Below, in pieces: positions 10,055 to 22,800 of a stretch of DNA of 64,000 nt. The DNA lies in assembly GCA_016748015.1 (NCBI GenBank), contig JAAOMT010000128.1, positions 317,538 through 381,537 of the forward strand, in the 5' to 3' direction. Each line of letters begins with the position of its first letter. The stretch's first letter is position 1. The DNA is from Geosiphon pyriformis uo1. Its lineage: Eukaryota; Fungi; Glomeromycota. A program made the position numbers and the translations under genes. The notes under the pieces are model-generated. The model saw nothing but the letters and a program-made list of their open reading frames with translations. It ran no database searches and was not told the origin of the DNA.

Positions 10055-11156
10055 CTGCCCAGCACAAATTTTGGTTTTTTAAGTGATTTTTTAATAGTTA
10101 ATAGTTTAAGTGTCTAGTATTGTCTTAATTGGTTCAAATAGCTAATTATGTGTAGAAAATGCATAAGTCATGCTTAATATAAGATTTTGTATATTGCTAT
10201 AGTTTAGATAATGATTGGGCTATATTTATTAAATACTTAATAAAAAAAAATTTATTTGTTTAAATCTAAATATTTAATTTATTATTTGTTTGTTTTTTAA
10301 GATTAAAAAATTTATATTACTAAAAAAATTTAACAAATTTTTAAAAAAATTAGATGATTAAAAAACAAATAATAATAATTATAATACTTAAATTTTAAAT
10401 TAATTTATTGTAAAATTAAAAAACATATTTATTAAAAAAATTAATTTAAATTATGATAAAGTTTTTTTTATTTTTGTAAAAAATTTTTTATGATTTTTTT
10501 TATGAAAAATAAAAAACAAAAGAGCTTATATAATATAAATTAATATAATATTTATTATTAAAACTAAAAAAGTTAAAAGTTATACCAATTTATTATTTTT
10601 TTTTATAATTAATGTTTTTGTTAATAATATAATTTAAGTAGAAAACAGCTAAGTTATCATATAATATATTTTAGATATAGTGAATAAATTTTTTAAAATT
10701 AATAATATTTTGATTAATAATAATAAAACTATAATTATCTTTATTAATTGTTAAATAAAAATACTATATTTATTTATTAATAATTTATTAATTTTAATCA
10801 CAAAAAAAAAGAAATTTCATAAATATTTAAATATATATTTTTTGTTTTTTGGTCTATCAAAATCTAGTTTGGCTAAAACTTATTTAAATATTAAGTTTTT
10901 ATAAATATAATATTAAAAAAAACTATTATAAATAAGTAATTTTTGTATTTAATATTAGCTATATTATAGAATATAATTTAATTTTATTTCTAAAAACATA
11001 TATTATAAGTAAAATATTTAAATCAAAAAGAGATTAAAAAAAAATTTGGCTTGTCAAAAAACTTTTTAAATAAGATAATCTATTATTTTTTATTATATAA
11101 ATTAAAGATATTTAAACAGATATAAGCTAAAAATAAGATAACTTTAATAATTATAT

Positions 11157-11790
11157 TGTTATGAGTTAAAATAACAAGTTAACAGATAGCAAAAAAAACA
11201 GAATTATAGAATAATAAAAATAATTAAAGAAAAAATTACAATAAAAGAGTAAATTAAATATGTAAAATTCAATATATATAATTAGTCTAATAAAAATTAC
11301 AGTTATAAATCTTTTTTGGGAATCTAAAAATAGAGAAATAGTCTGTAATTATTAATAAAATAATATTGTTGCTATTATTTTATATCTCAATTTAGCAATT
11401 CTTAGAATCAATAACAAGTATTATTGTGTTTTTTAATCTTTTTTTATTTAATAAATTACAAGAATAAGCAATTGTTTTTTATGTTAATTTTAATAATACA
11501 AATAAAATAAAAAAGATAAAATATGTAAATACCAATAAGTAATTTTTTATTCTAAGATAATTAAATACTTAAAAGTAAAAAAAAATATAAAAAAAAGTAA
11601 TTAATAGTGGATTTTATTTTGTTACTTTGATTATATTATTATTTTAATTATATTTTTTTACAGTTAAAGAATTTATTGCTTATATAATTATTAAAAATAG
11701 TCAATAATTAGATTAGTAATTAGGTCAATAATCAAATTAATAGTTAAATCAATAATTAGGTTAATAATTAGATTATTAATTAGATTATTA
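11157..11790 (-). repeat. Degenerate family-F LTR (left part) split by the LINE; remainder at about 39045-39097
   Basis: TGTTATGAGTTAAAATAACAAG matches the LTR start at 51356. The 12-mer GGTCAATGATCA-type array resumes at 39045 (ACTATCTAAG...GAGTTTCAAC). Confidence 0.75.
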
Positions 11791-11921
11791 TTTTTTTATT
11801 AACATTTAACGAGTGAAGTCCAAACACTGCCTAGTGCAATACATCATACAAATGATCTAAACTAGGTGTGAATCATGCATTATCTACATGTGACCAGCCA
11901 TTTGGACCAATCAGGACAACA

Positions 11922-14900
11922 CTAAGCACCTATATAAACAGAGATCTTACTCTCTATACCTGAAAAAACAAACAAGACTTACGGAACCTGAAACCAACAC
12001 CAATCGCCTTAGCAACACCCAGCAGCCAGGTTATACCAGATGACAGCCTTAAAGAAAGCCCAGAAATTGGGACAGGAGCAGACTTATTGCACAGAATAGG
12101 CCCATTTTTTTCCATGAATGCATGGTGCTTGGCATGAACCAACCAAATGTCTTCCCAAAAAGCCAAGCTGAACTCACGCACAAAGACCACAATGTTCTGA
12201 CTTGCTATCCTGGAATCCTTGAAGACAGAAACAGACTTACGAAACCAATTCTTGAAAACAAAACCCTTGTACAGAGCAGTACTAACTGAAACATTAAACA
12301 CACAAGTGGACAACAGCTGTGAGACACCTGAGGAAGAATGAGCCAGACCAGAGTGCACATTCCAAACTGCCACATAAGCATCCAACAACTGAGCATGACC
12401 ATCAGCATCAAATGGATAAGAAAAAACATGGTCTGAGACCTCGACATCCCCACAGAACAAACACATCACACTAGGGTAATGCTTATCATAAAGCCACTTA
12501 TACATGGTAACAGGGAGCCGATGGTGCAATGTTTTTATAAAGTAAGTCCGGAAACTAGCCGTCTACTTGCTAGTGAAGCCAGCAGCCATGTGAAAATTCA
12601 GATGCCAAACCAGCGATGACCTAAACCAATCAATATTTGTATGCAGACTACCTGCCACCACCCCAGTACCACAACTGATTTTCTAATGCACACAATGAAC
12701 AGACCAAAAAACATCTCAAACAAAATGCCTAGAATTACCAAAAATGGTTTCACCACCACCCCTAAGATAGCGTTTGTTAACAGAATAAGACAGATGCCAA
12801 CCAAAGAGAGCTGCAGTTCTGGCCAACTTATCAGCCCATTCATTGTCTGAAACCCTTGAGTGTTTTTTGATCTTACACCAATTAACTCTTAAATTCTTAT
12901 GACAAATAATATTCACAATATGATGGTGTTCAATCCAACACTGATTTCTAAAATCCAGACAAACCAATTTTATCTTCAACTTGCAAGCATCCAAAGCAGT
13001 CTGACTGTTCGAGAACAAGTCAATTGAGTGAGAAAAAGGGATGCATTTGAGCGCCAGAGCAATGGTCTTCAGTTCCATCAAGATAGAAAACATCAAACCA
13101 GATACTCCTACACCCAAACCCATACCAATGTTCTCAAAGAAAACAGCAGCTCCAGCTTTCATATCGACTGTCCCTAAATCACTTAGAGATCTATCTATAT
13201 AAATGGAAAGATAACCAACATTGGAATCAAACAAACTGGCACCAATGATGCCAAACTCATGAGACCAAAGAACATCCAAAGAGGCACAACCAGCCAAAAG
13301 TGTGGAACAGACAGGAAGAGAAGACACACCATCAAGAAAATGAATGGACAGCTCAAACCAAGCAGGAACCAGACCATGTGGGTCCAACCGCTTCCATCAT
13401 TTGAAAGTCTTCCATTCGAAAACAGCCCCATTTTAGTCTTGCAGCTGATCCACAAAAGCAATCCCATAATGCCAAAATGAAAAGACACTTTTGACATAAT
13501 TTGATTTACCAAGAACAAAAGACATAGAGGTTCCACTCTGCTGACAAAAAGCACTAACCAGAGAGCCACCCAATAACAAATCACACCCAGAGAAAATATG
13601 CATCATACCTGCCAGAAAATTATTAAGAGGATTGATTTTTACACGGACCGGACACTGCAAAGAATGTAGTGGATGCCAGCAGAGGACCTACAGATCATGC
13701 AACCGGTAAGAAAATAGACACCCCAAAATCCCAACAGAGTTTGCGAAAGAAACGACCAAAGCCAATTTACTCTCAGCCTGAACCTGTTCAAAAGTCTTCA
13801 AACCATACAGAGAGGGATGATGAATCGCATTATTGGGGAAATCATGCAGCAAACCAGACTTAGATCTTAAGCTCCTATGAATCAAAGTGTCTCACTTTCT
13901 ATAAGCACTAATAAGAATGTAACTGAACTGTGTTCTATATCCAATAATAGGAAAGAGGACTGCCGAAACCAAATATGAAAACTGCTTATCAAACACTGCC
14001 TTTTTTAGTATCAAATTAGAAAAGAACTGGACATCAAAATGTGCCTTAGCCAAGCTAGACTTTGAAAGACTCTCAGTTGACAAATAGATCTCCAAATAGC
14101 AATGCAATTCCTCCTTCTTGGCAATAAAAATAGGTAACCCGCTAATTAACAAAAAGAAAGCCATACCATCACAATTGATGGGGATAGCAACAGTCTTATC
14201 ATTATTAATTGAGATGTCATTGATATCAAAAAATTCACTAGCAATATTGAGAATGTGCTATGTAGCACTTCGACTGCTGCCAAACCATATAGTATCATCA
14301 ACAAAGACACCCACTGCGAAAAATGAAGATACACCAGCCCAAGACTCAGTATGACCACATCCGGAAATAAAATGAGAATTCAATCTGTAACCACACCCAT
14401 CTGACTGCCTCTTAACTTCACACAAAAGAGGATCATAAAAGATGCACCAAAGGAGTGGTGAGAACACCTTCCTTTGGTCCAAGTCATTATGCACTTTATA
14501 CTCATCTGTCAAACCAAAATTTGTCATAACCCTGTTGACGCAACCACCATGGATGCTGCCAAAAAACCTAATGAACCTGCTGCACATGTTTATCCTAACC
14601 AAACTGTTCTGAAGGTGTTTCCATCCAACAGAATCATAAGCTTTCCACATGTCCTGCAATACCAACCAGAGCTCACGATTCTTCTTCAAAGCATCCTTAA
14701 TAACTGAACCAATGGCAAAAATGGGAGACTGTGTCATCGTGCCCTTCAAAACCAAAAAATTGTCCCCACGCAGAACATCAAAAGTACTACAAGCCAATGA
14801 GATTCTATCTGAAAGAATCTTGGAGAGAATCTGGTGGGCAGTCTCAATCAAGGCAATAGGTCAAGTGTTTGTAAGAACTCCTTCTCACTCATATGGCTTA

Positions 14901-15428
14901 AGAATCATTGAAACCCAAGCTTCCTTTCAAGCACTAGGCACTGACTCACGAATCAAACAAAAATTTAAAAGCACCAAAAGCATATCCAAAATTGATTTGT
15001 TACAGTGTTTCCAGAGCTTGTTCGAAATCCCAGAGAGACCAGCAGCCTTGCCTTCAGGCAGACCAGAAACCACACTGAACAACTCATTGAAACCAATGGA
15101 ACACATTACACCAGAAAACGCACTATCGAAAACATACTTCAAAGACTTGTATTGGTGAAACCAATTATCAGAGATATTAGGCACCACCTTGTGCTTCCTG
15201 GTCTAGCCTTCCATGATTCCATCCACCCTAGCTTTGACTAAGCTGGGCTTCAAAATCAACTCGTTACTTACAACTAGATGATCTAGTACCACTTTGCAAA
15301 AGGGACGCTCCAAAACACTCCTGATAGTACGACCCTTGTCTGATTCAAAACTCTCTATTCTTCTATCAATAGCTGCCCTGATACGGGATTCCTCATTACA
15401 TCTGGATTCCAGCAACTTAGCAGAGTGG
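11922..15428 (-). pseudogene. LINE ORF2, C-terminal part: RT, RNase H, C-terminal Cys/His motif
   Basis: LQDMWKAYDSVGW, VFSPLLW, FVDDTIW; RNase H remnants IYIDRSL...ELKTI...SNSQ...KKHSRVSDNEWAD; HHRLPV...CLFCGDVEVSDHVF. Confidence 0.92.
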
Positions 15429-16523
15429 TGTTACTTGAATAGAAAAACCAATCCAAAGTTATGAAGAAACATAACCAAAACGTGACATAAAACAGAATAA
15501 CGCGCAATAACATTGAATAATGCGTTATAATGTTGGATAACGTGTTATAACGCAGAATAATACAGAATAGTGTGCAATAATGTAGGAAAATGTGTTATAA
15601 TGCAGGATAACACAGAATAACATGTAATAACATCAGATAATGTGTTATAACATAGGATAACTAGCAATAACGTAGAAAAACAAAGCAATAACAGAAACAA
15701 CAAAGCAATAGCTAGCAATAGTGAGACAATTGAAAGCAATCCTGTAAAACCAAAAGAATGTATAAAAGCAAGTAGTTATAGAAGTGAGAAAAAACAGAGG
15801 GAGAAGAAAAAATAGATACAAACCTCTAGACAAGAAATTAAAATATTTATACCCTTTCATCCTTTATTATCTTCCTTATTTCATCTTCTAAAATAAACCA
15901 ATTATTAAAAGAAATCAGAATCACAAATTCATGTTCTCAAACTTTGTGAAATTTATGTGAATTAACCCTTGTCTCATACCTCTGTTCTAGAACAGATGCT
16001 CTTAGCATAACTGCCTCGAACCTATTAATGATTTGGACCAATCACTCTTGATCACGGCAATTAATGATACTAATTTATTTTTTCTCTCTTTTCTTTTTTT
16101 TTTTTTTCTTTTTTTTTTTTTTCTGTCTTATTTTTTGTGGAGCGGCAACATAGTAAAATCAACTGTCTGGAAATAGACTTTGTGATAGCCTGGTAAAAAA
16201 GGGAAGCTCCCCCTAAGTTTTGGATATTAACATTATCTTGTTAGCTTACCAGAAGGGTGAAAAGACAATGCCAGACTCTAACGACTGCGCTCGTTAGTTC
16301 GGAAAAGAAAGCTCACATTTACAAAAAAATGTTGCAATCAATGAAAAACAAACTCTGTGCCTTATAACCAAAGAACTCAACGGATAAAATTTACATCCAG
16401 AAATAGACCTTCAAAGACTGATAATCAAGACTAAGCCAACAGAATTACACGGAAGACATATCATCAATAATTGAGAGCACTAAACATTACCATTTTTTAT
16501 ACTCACCAAGTTTACCCATAACA
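15429..16523 (+). repeat. Element B 5' LTR (about 1095 bp) with a ~10-bp ATAAC-based tandem array at about 15480-15690
   Basis: TGTTAC...TAACA; matches 34766-35861; TATAAA at about 15760. Confidence 0.96.
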
Positions 16524-16525
16524 TT

Positions 16526-16543
16526 TGGTGCTTTCTGTGAGGT
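16526..16543 (+). promoter_or_regulatory. PBS of B (TGGTGCTTTCTGTGAGGT), elongator Met- or Ile(UAU)-type tRNA
   Basis: Begins with TGG; differs by 1 nt from the PBS of C. The complement CCTCAC...AGCACCA fits Met-e or Ile-UAU tRNA ends (recalled, ambiguous). Confidence 0.75.
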
Positions 16544-16869
16544 TATGAATCCACAGAGACAGAGCACCTCCAAAAATACATAAAAGTGGCAACTATTGGA
16601 ACAATAAAAAAGGACCACTTTTCGTATGAAAAAGCACTATTTCAATACTTTCGAAAAAACCTAGGAATACCAGCAGGAACTGCTTATGCAAAAAGTAATT
16701 TTTGTAACTGTATCAATGCAAAAATTGACTGCTTGTTAGGCCGCACAACTAATACAGGAAAACTTGGAGAACAAATCCATCAAAGCTTACTAGAGTACTC
16801 AATAGCCACGACTACCTGAACAATCGCTGAAACTCTGCGCATAATCGATACAGACATTAAATATTATGT

Positions 16870-17752
16870 TGTTACAGGTGATTATTTCTGCTGTTGAATT
16901 AAATAACAAACCCGTAACTTGGTGCTCAAAAGCTATTTCTGTTGAGGCTATTCTGCAGGTGCTGTATCTGAAGGTTTTAATGGATCTGAAGGTTTTGGTT
17001 AAGTCTTTTGTATAATAGACAGAAATTTAATAATGTCGATAATAGAGATATTTTCCAAGAGTTTTCCCAATTTCTTTTTCAGCATGGTGGCCAGATTTAG
17101 TCTGGCAGTTGTGCCTTTCTAGTAAGCTATCCGATAATATATAAAAATCCTACCCGTATTTCTGGATCTTTTACCAGACTATTCTTGATGTCAATAACTC
17201 AGCACTTAATCATTTATCAATTAGTATATAACAACAAATCAAAATAAAATAAAGAAAAAGAAATAAAAGAAAATAAAGAAAGCAAAGAAATAAGCCAAGA
17301 TGATTTGCAGATTAGTATCCCATCAATAGCCGTGATCAAGAGCTATTGTTCCAGTGTGGTCAAATATCAATTACTATCAACATAAAGGGTTGATAGTGGG
17401 AAGTGGATGGAGATATAAAATAATTATTTATTAGATGATTGCATTTTTAGGCTAAGGATTTTGTGGTATCGATTCTGTCTTTTCTGTTTCTAATACTACT
17501 GCTATATATACATAATTGGAATTCCTCAATTCCTTGATTCTTCACAATAGGAATCCTGGAATTTCTGGAATTCTGCGATTCCTTTGAGAGGAATCCTGGA
17601 ATTCTGGAATCCTGCAATTCCTCATTGGGAATCCTGAAATTCTTGGAATCCTGCAATTCCTGAGAGGAATCCTGGAATTCCATATTTATTACGCTTACTT
17701 CTGATTGGCTAATAACTATGCTAATATATTTCCTATATTTCTATGAGTAATA
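16870..17752 (-). repeat. Element C 3' LTR with GGAATCCT/GGAATTCC tandem array (about 17515-17680)
   Basis: Direct repeat of 26167-27049. Confidence 0.96.
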
Positions 17753-17765
17753 TTATTCCCTCCTT

Positions 17766-18395
17766 TTAATATTGAGCTCCATCAAAATCTAACTCATGTA
17801 ATTCCCCCTCTTGAAGTATTTCCTGGATTTTGTTTTCGAGAATTACTTGTGTTATTTGGGTCTGTAATTCTTCAAATTGAGCATTGATGATTTTTCCCAA
17901 TTGATTACTGGTAACCCTATCCATTGCTTTATTGAGCAATATTTCTGGTTTATCTTGAAATGCTGTGTGTATTTGATATATGGCTCGGGCTTGTGTGGAT
18001 AAGTTGTTCTTTCCCACAAAATGTTCTAATTGTTGTAGTATTCTTTTGTCAAATAATCACTTTGTTTTATCTGTATATAGATTCTGGATATTTATGTGTT
18101 GTCCCAAGTAAAAATAACAATAGTTTCGTGAAAATTGTTATATCCACCAATTCCAAGTTTCTTTAGTCAACTCTTGATATAGTAACTTTTTTGTCGATTC
18201 TTTTATTGCTAATTTTACTTTTGCTATAATTTTGTCCACAGTATTTTCAGTTTTCTTCTGTATTCTGAGTTGCAATGTCTTTCTAGTATCTTGATATCAA
18301 ATGGTTTGTTGATTGATTGTAATCTCTATTTCCTGGTGTTGGATTAATTAAAAGAGTTGTTGTGCTAGTAAGTGAATGTTGTCTGTAATTTCCAT
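17766..18395 (-). pseudogene. C ORF3 (about 209 aa, in-frame stops only)
   Basis: MEITDNIHLLAQQLF...YFYLGQHINIQNLY...FVGKNNL...QFEELQ...DFDGAQY* aligns with A ORF3. Confidence 0.85.
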
Positions 18396-18449
18396 TTTTC
18401 TGATATTTTCTGTCACATCTATCATGTCTTTATATATTCTTTTGATGGA

Positions 18450-19832
18450 TCAATTTAACATATTATTGTTGATAGTAATGATTGGTTCCAGATCTCGTGA
18501 AATCTCATCTGGTTGGACTAGTATTCTTTGTACTCCTAATTGTGGAATATTACTGGTAGATGATAGTGTAATATTGTAATATGGTTTTAGTTGATCTCCA
18601 TGTGCTGCTTTGGTTAAAATTTTGTTATCCAATCTTAATTTGTAAGCTCCATTTTCTAGAATTTCTTCTATGTAAAATGGTCCATCCCATTTGGGGTCAA
18701 ATTTTCCACTCCATTGTTTTTCTGCTTTGGTACGATGTAGTAATACTTTGTCTCCGATCTTGAATTCAACTGGTTTGTCTGATAGTTGACTATCGTGTCT
18801 TTCTTTTTGTGTTTCTTGTGACTTTTGGATATTATCAGCTGCTCTTCTTTGTTTGTTTTCCAATGTTTTCATTAAGTCATATGTTCTTTTCAGCAATGTT
18901 TCTTGAAAATTTTCCTCTGTTATTGGTTCAGCTGGATATGTATTAATTTCTCTCTCTACTAGTAATATTGCTATTCTTTCATATACTAATTCAAATAGTG
19001 TTGCTTGTGTAGTATCTTGTTTCATTGTCTGATAAGCAAATAGTACTGATGGTATGAACAAATCCCAATTGTTCTGGTTTTCTTGGCTGAGCTTGGCTAT
19101 TGCTTCACACAATGTTCTGTTGAATCTTTCTACTAATCCATTGGTTTGTGGATGGTATGGTGATGATAGTGGTCTCTTAATTCCGAATCTTTGGCTCAAT
19201 TCTGTTAATGTTCTGTTCACAAAATGAGTTCCTTGGTCTGATAATAATTCTTTTGGACATCCATGTCAACAAATCAAATCCTGATGAATGAATTCGGCAA
19301 TGGATTCTGCATCTGCTCTTTGAATTGCTTTCGCCTCTGGCCATTTAGTGAGATAGTCCATTACTACTGCTATGTATTTGTTTACTCTGCTGGTGATTAT
19401 TAATGGTCCCACTAAATCAATTCCCATACAGTCAAATGGTTGTCCCACTTTGATTGGTCTTAATGATTCACTGGGTCTTGTTCCTTCTCTTCACTGACAA
19501 GCATCACAATTTTGAACATATTGAATGATGTCTGGGTACATTGATGGCCAATAGTATCTTTTTCTAGTCCTTTCCATGGTTGCTTCTTTGTGAAAATGTC
19601 CTGCTGTTGGATTTGAATGCATATTGAATAATATTGTCTCTTTTTCTGGCTCCATAATTACTCTGGTTGGTTAATCTAGATCCCTTCTATTTTTTCGATA
19701 AAGTATATTTTGGTAAGTGATAAAATATTTTGATTGTTGTTTGATACTTCTTCATTCTGTATGAAATAAATTCTCCTTGAACTGTTGAGTGTTTAGATAA
19801 TGTTGCAATTGTTAATATTTTTGTATGTTCAT
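18450..19832 (-). pseudogene. int: C integrase, downstream of the RNase H stop
   Basis: HHCC, GIDLVGP, YHPQTNGLVERFN, KWDGPF, RDLEPII. ATG at 19832; RNase H TAA at 19896-19898. Confidence 0.92.
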
Positions 19833-19895
19833 CTTTTGTTGTATTTTTCCATTGGTATTGTTCTAGTTTTATTATATTTTTGGGTTGAAATGTTC

Positions 19896-22800
19896 TTAGA
19901 TTTGTCTTATTCGCGATAAACCATCAGCATTTTCGTTGTTTTTTTCCTTTTTGTAATGTATAGTATAATTGTATGGTGTGAGTGCCCTTTTCTATCTTGA
20001 CTGTCTTCTATCTCCAAATTCTTGTTTTTGAAGTGATATTAATCCCTTGTGATCTGTGTATACTTCAAACTTCTGGCTCAAGTATTCTTTCCATTTCATG
20101 ACGGCCCAGTATATTGCTAAGTGTTCTTGTTCCGGTGTTCTATAGTTCTTTTCAGCTGGTGTTAAACCTCTGCTGGCATATGCTACTGGATGTTCTCTGC
20201 CGTTCAGTTTTCTCTAAGATAATACTGCTCCCAATGCTTGGCTGGATGCATCAGTGGTGATAATGAATGGTTTGCTGTAATCTGGATAGATCAGTATTAG
20301 AGCTTGGATGAGCTTTTTCCTCAGAATATCAAAAGCTTTTTGTTGACTTTCTGTCCATTCATATTTCACATTTTTGTTTTGTAGTTGATTAAGTGGCTGC
20401 GCTATCTTGGATAAAATGACAATAGTAGCTGGCAAATTCCAAGAATGATTTCAGTTCTGTTATATTGGTCGGCACTGAAAAGTTCTTTACTATCTCTATT
20501 TTCTCTGGATCTGTTTTGATGCCGTCTTTGCTGACTATGTGTCCCAAGAATTTGAGTTCCGTTTTGCCAAAGAAGCATTTTATTGCATTTAACTTTAGTC
20601 CTGCTCTTCTTAGTCTTTTGAACACTTGTTGAAGATAATGAAAATGATCATCAAACGTCTTTGAGAATACATTAGTGTCATCCAAATATACAACTACTGA
20701 TTTCCACAATAAGCCAGTATAAACGATTTCCATTAGCTGTTAGAAAGTTACTGGGGCATTGGTTAAGCCGAATGGCATCACTTCAAATTCGAAATTCTCT
20801 TCTCTAGTAGTAAATGCTGTCTTTTCTTTGTCAGCTAAATTCATGGCTACTTGCCAGTAACCACTGTCCAAATCTAATGTAAAGAATCATTTGTTCCCAC
20901 CAAACGCATCAAATAATTCCTGTATTTGTGGAGTTAGATAACTGTCTCCATGAGTTACACCATTGAGTTTCCTGTAGTCTACACAAAACCGGATTTTTCC
21001 ATTTTTCTTATAGACGAGTACTACTGGTGACAACTATGGGCTCATTGATAATTGAATTAGCCCGTTGTCAAGCATTCTGTTTATCTCTTGACGAATAATC
21101 TCGTGGCTGGCTGGTGGCACTCTGTATGCTCTTTGTTTGATTGGCATTGCATCTCCAGTTTTGATCTGATACTGAATGATGTCAGTTCAGCCAAATTCAT
21201 TTTCACTGGCAAAGATGTCATTAAAATTGTTGAGTAACATCTTGAGCTGCATACATTGGAGTGGATCTAAGTTTCCCATGTTCATTTGTTCCAATTGTTC
21301 TGATTGGAGCAAATTACATTCGTCTTGTCCATAGATTGTCTGTGATGTGATGTCAACATATTCACAAAGTTGTAAAAAGTCTGGAATGGAGTTTGGTGGT
21401 TGGTCTTCTATTTCTGTGGTTAGATATCTGATGGTGGTTCCTTCTGGTATGTTGATGACATTACCAGTGTTGTTGTAGATGGAAATTTTTATGCTGCTAT
21501 AGCTTTTGGCTAGTATGTGGAGATTGATCAACCCAATCTCTCCTGATTCACAAAGGGTTGCTTCTGCTTCAAAAATCTGTTCTTGCTCCTTTTTCTTTTT
21601 TTTTATTGCTAACATGTACTGGCTATATGGTGGAATGGAAATAGCTTGACCAGTTGAGATAATTTCTCCTTGGCCAACAATTTCTTCTTCTGCCATGTTA
21701 ACTGGTACATCTATTCTACCTGTGGATCCGAATCCTTGTATTCCTCTCACCATTATTTCTAATTCCTCCCTCTTTCTCACTGATACTAACTGAGCTATTC
21801 TAACCAGAGGCAGGAATATTGCCTGTGCTATCTTTTCATTGGGCTTTATTACATAGGCCTTTTCTGAGTCATTTTGTAGCATAGTGATAATATTTCCTAC
21901 ATATTTTGTATCAATTATTCCTCTTCTTATATTAATCTCTCTTTTCGCTAAACTACTCCTAGATGCTAATTGAACTATTGTTGTTGCCGAAATTTCTAAT
22001 GCTATTTTCAGATTAATGCAAGTGTGTGAATGCGGTTCTAATTTGATGGCATTTTTTTTCTGGATATCTCAGATCAAACTCTGCATTAGTATCATGCACA
22101 TGTTCTGGTATAATACCTTCCCCATTGTTACTATACTATTTCAACTCTTGTTCCTTGGAGAGATCTGATAGTGCAATGTATTGTTCATAGTTTACATCAG
22201 GTTTTGAATCTGAGTCTGAATCATTTTTGTCGTCATTGCCAATTTAAACAGAGCTTAAACCGTTGTTATTGTCATTATTGTCGGAATTTGAATTGTGATT
22301 GATCGGCGATTCTGATTCTGATGCGCAGCTGCTGATTGGTTTTTCTTCTTCAGGGATTGAGTAAATCATGCGTGGTGGTGGATTGTAAATGAGGTCACAC
22401 TTATTACAATACTGGACATCACAGGGAATTAGGCAGTGTTGACATAGTCGAGCATTTAACTGCTCTAACCGTTGTTTTTGTTCTTCCCTTGTGGATGCTA
22501 ATTCTTGGTAGTGTTCGTAGAATTGTTCTGGATCCAGGAGGTTTATGATGAGTTCTGCATCCCAGTCAAGCTCTAAAGGTTCTGGGGGGTTGTCTTTAAT
22601 CGTTTTTATTTCTTCTGGCATTGCCTCTTCGATTTTGGCAAGTGCTATTCACCAAATTTCATCATCGTCATGTAGACAACTGTCCAGTTACTGCACGGCT
22701 CTTCTCCAGGCTGTTTTTATTGGGGTTCTTTTCCTTACCCAGTCGCTTATTAGAATTGTGTATTAACACGATACGTCACATGTTCCTCTATATCCTGGAA

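Larger units (their letters stand above)
1..10250 (+). mobile_element. 3' end of a degenerate LINE (ORF2 C-terminus, 3' UTR, A-tail) split by LTR element A; parts 1-424 and 10059-10250
   Basis: The sequence joins across the CTGC duplication. 10100-10250 resembles the reverse complement of the 3' UTR of the LINE at 11791-11925 (TAGTATTGTCTTAATTGGTTCAAATAGCT vs TAGTGTTGTCCTGATTGGTCCAAATGGCT) and ends in AATAAAAAAAAA. Confidence 0.7.

Noticed and set aside
15480-15690. Repeat arrays here and at 17515-17680 and 51900-52010 as CRISPR arrays
   Set aside because: Short degenerate tandem units without unique spacers, located inside LTRs, with no cas genes.
15545-15860. Hydrophobic ORFs (also 34674-35197, 62769-63011, 17447-17683, 26760-26960) as membrane proteins
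   Set aside because: They are translations of LTR tandem arrays or antisense A-rich sequence.
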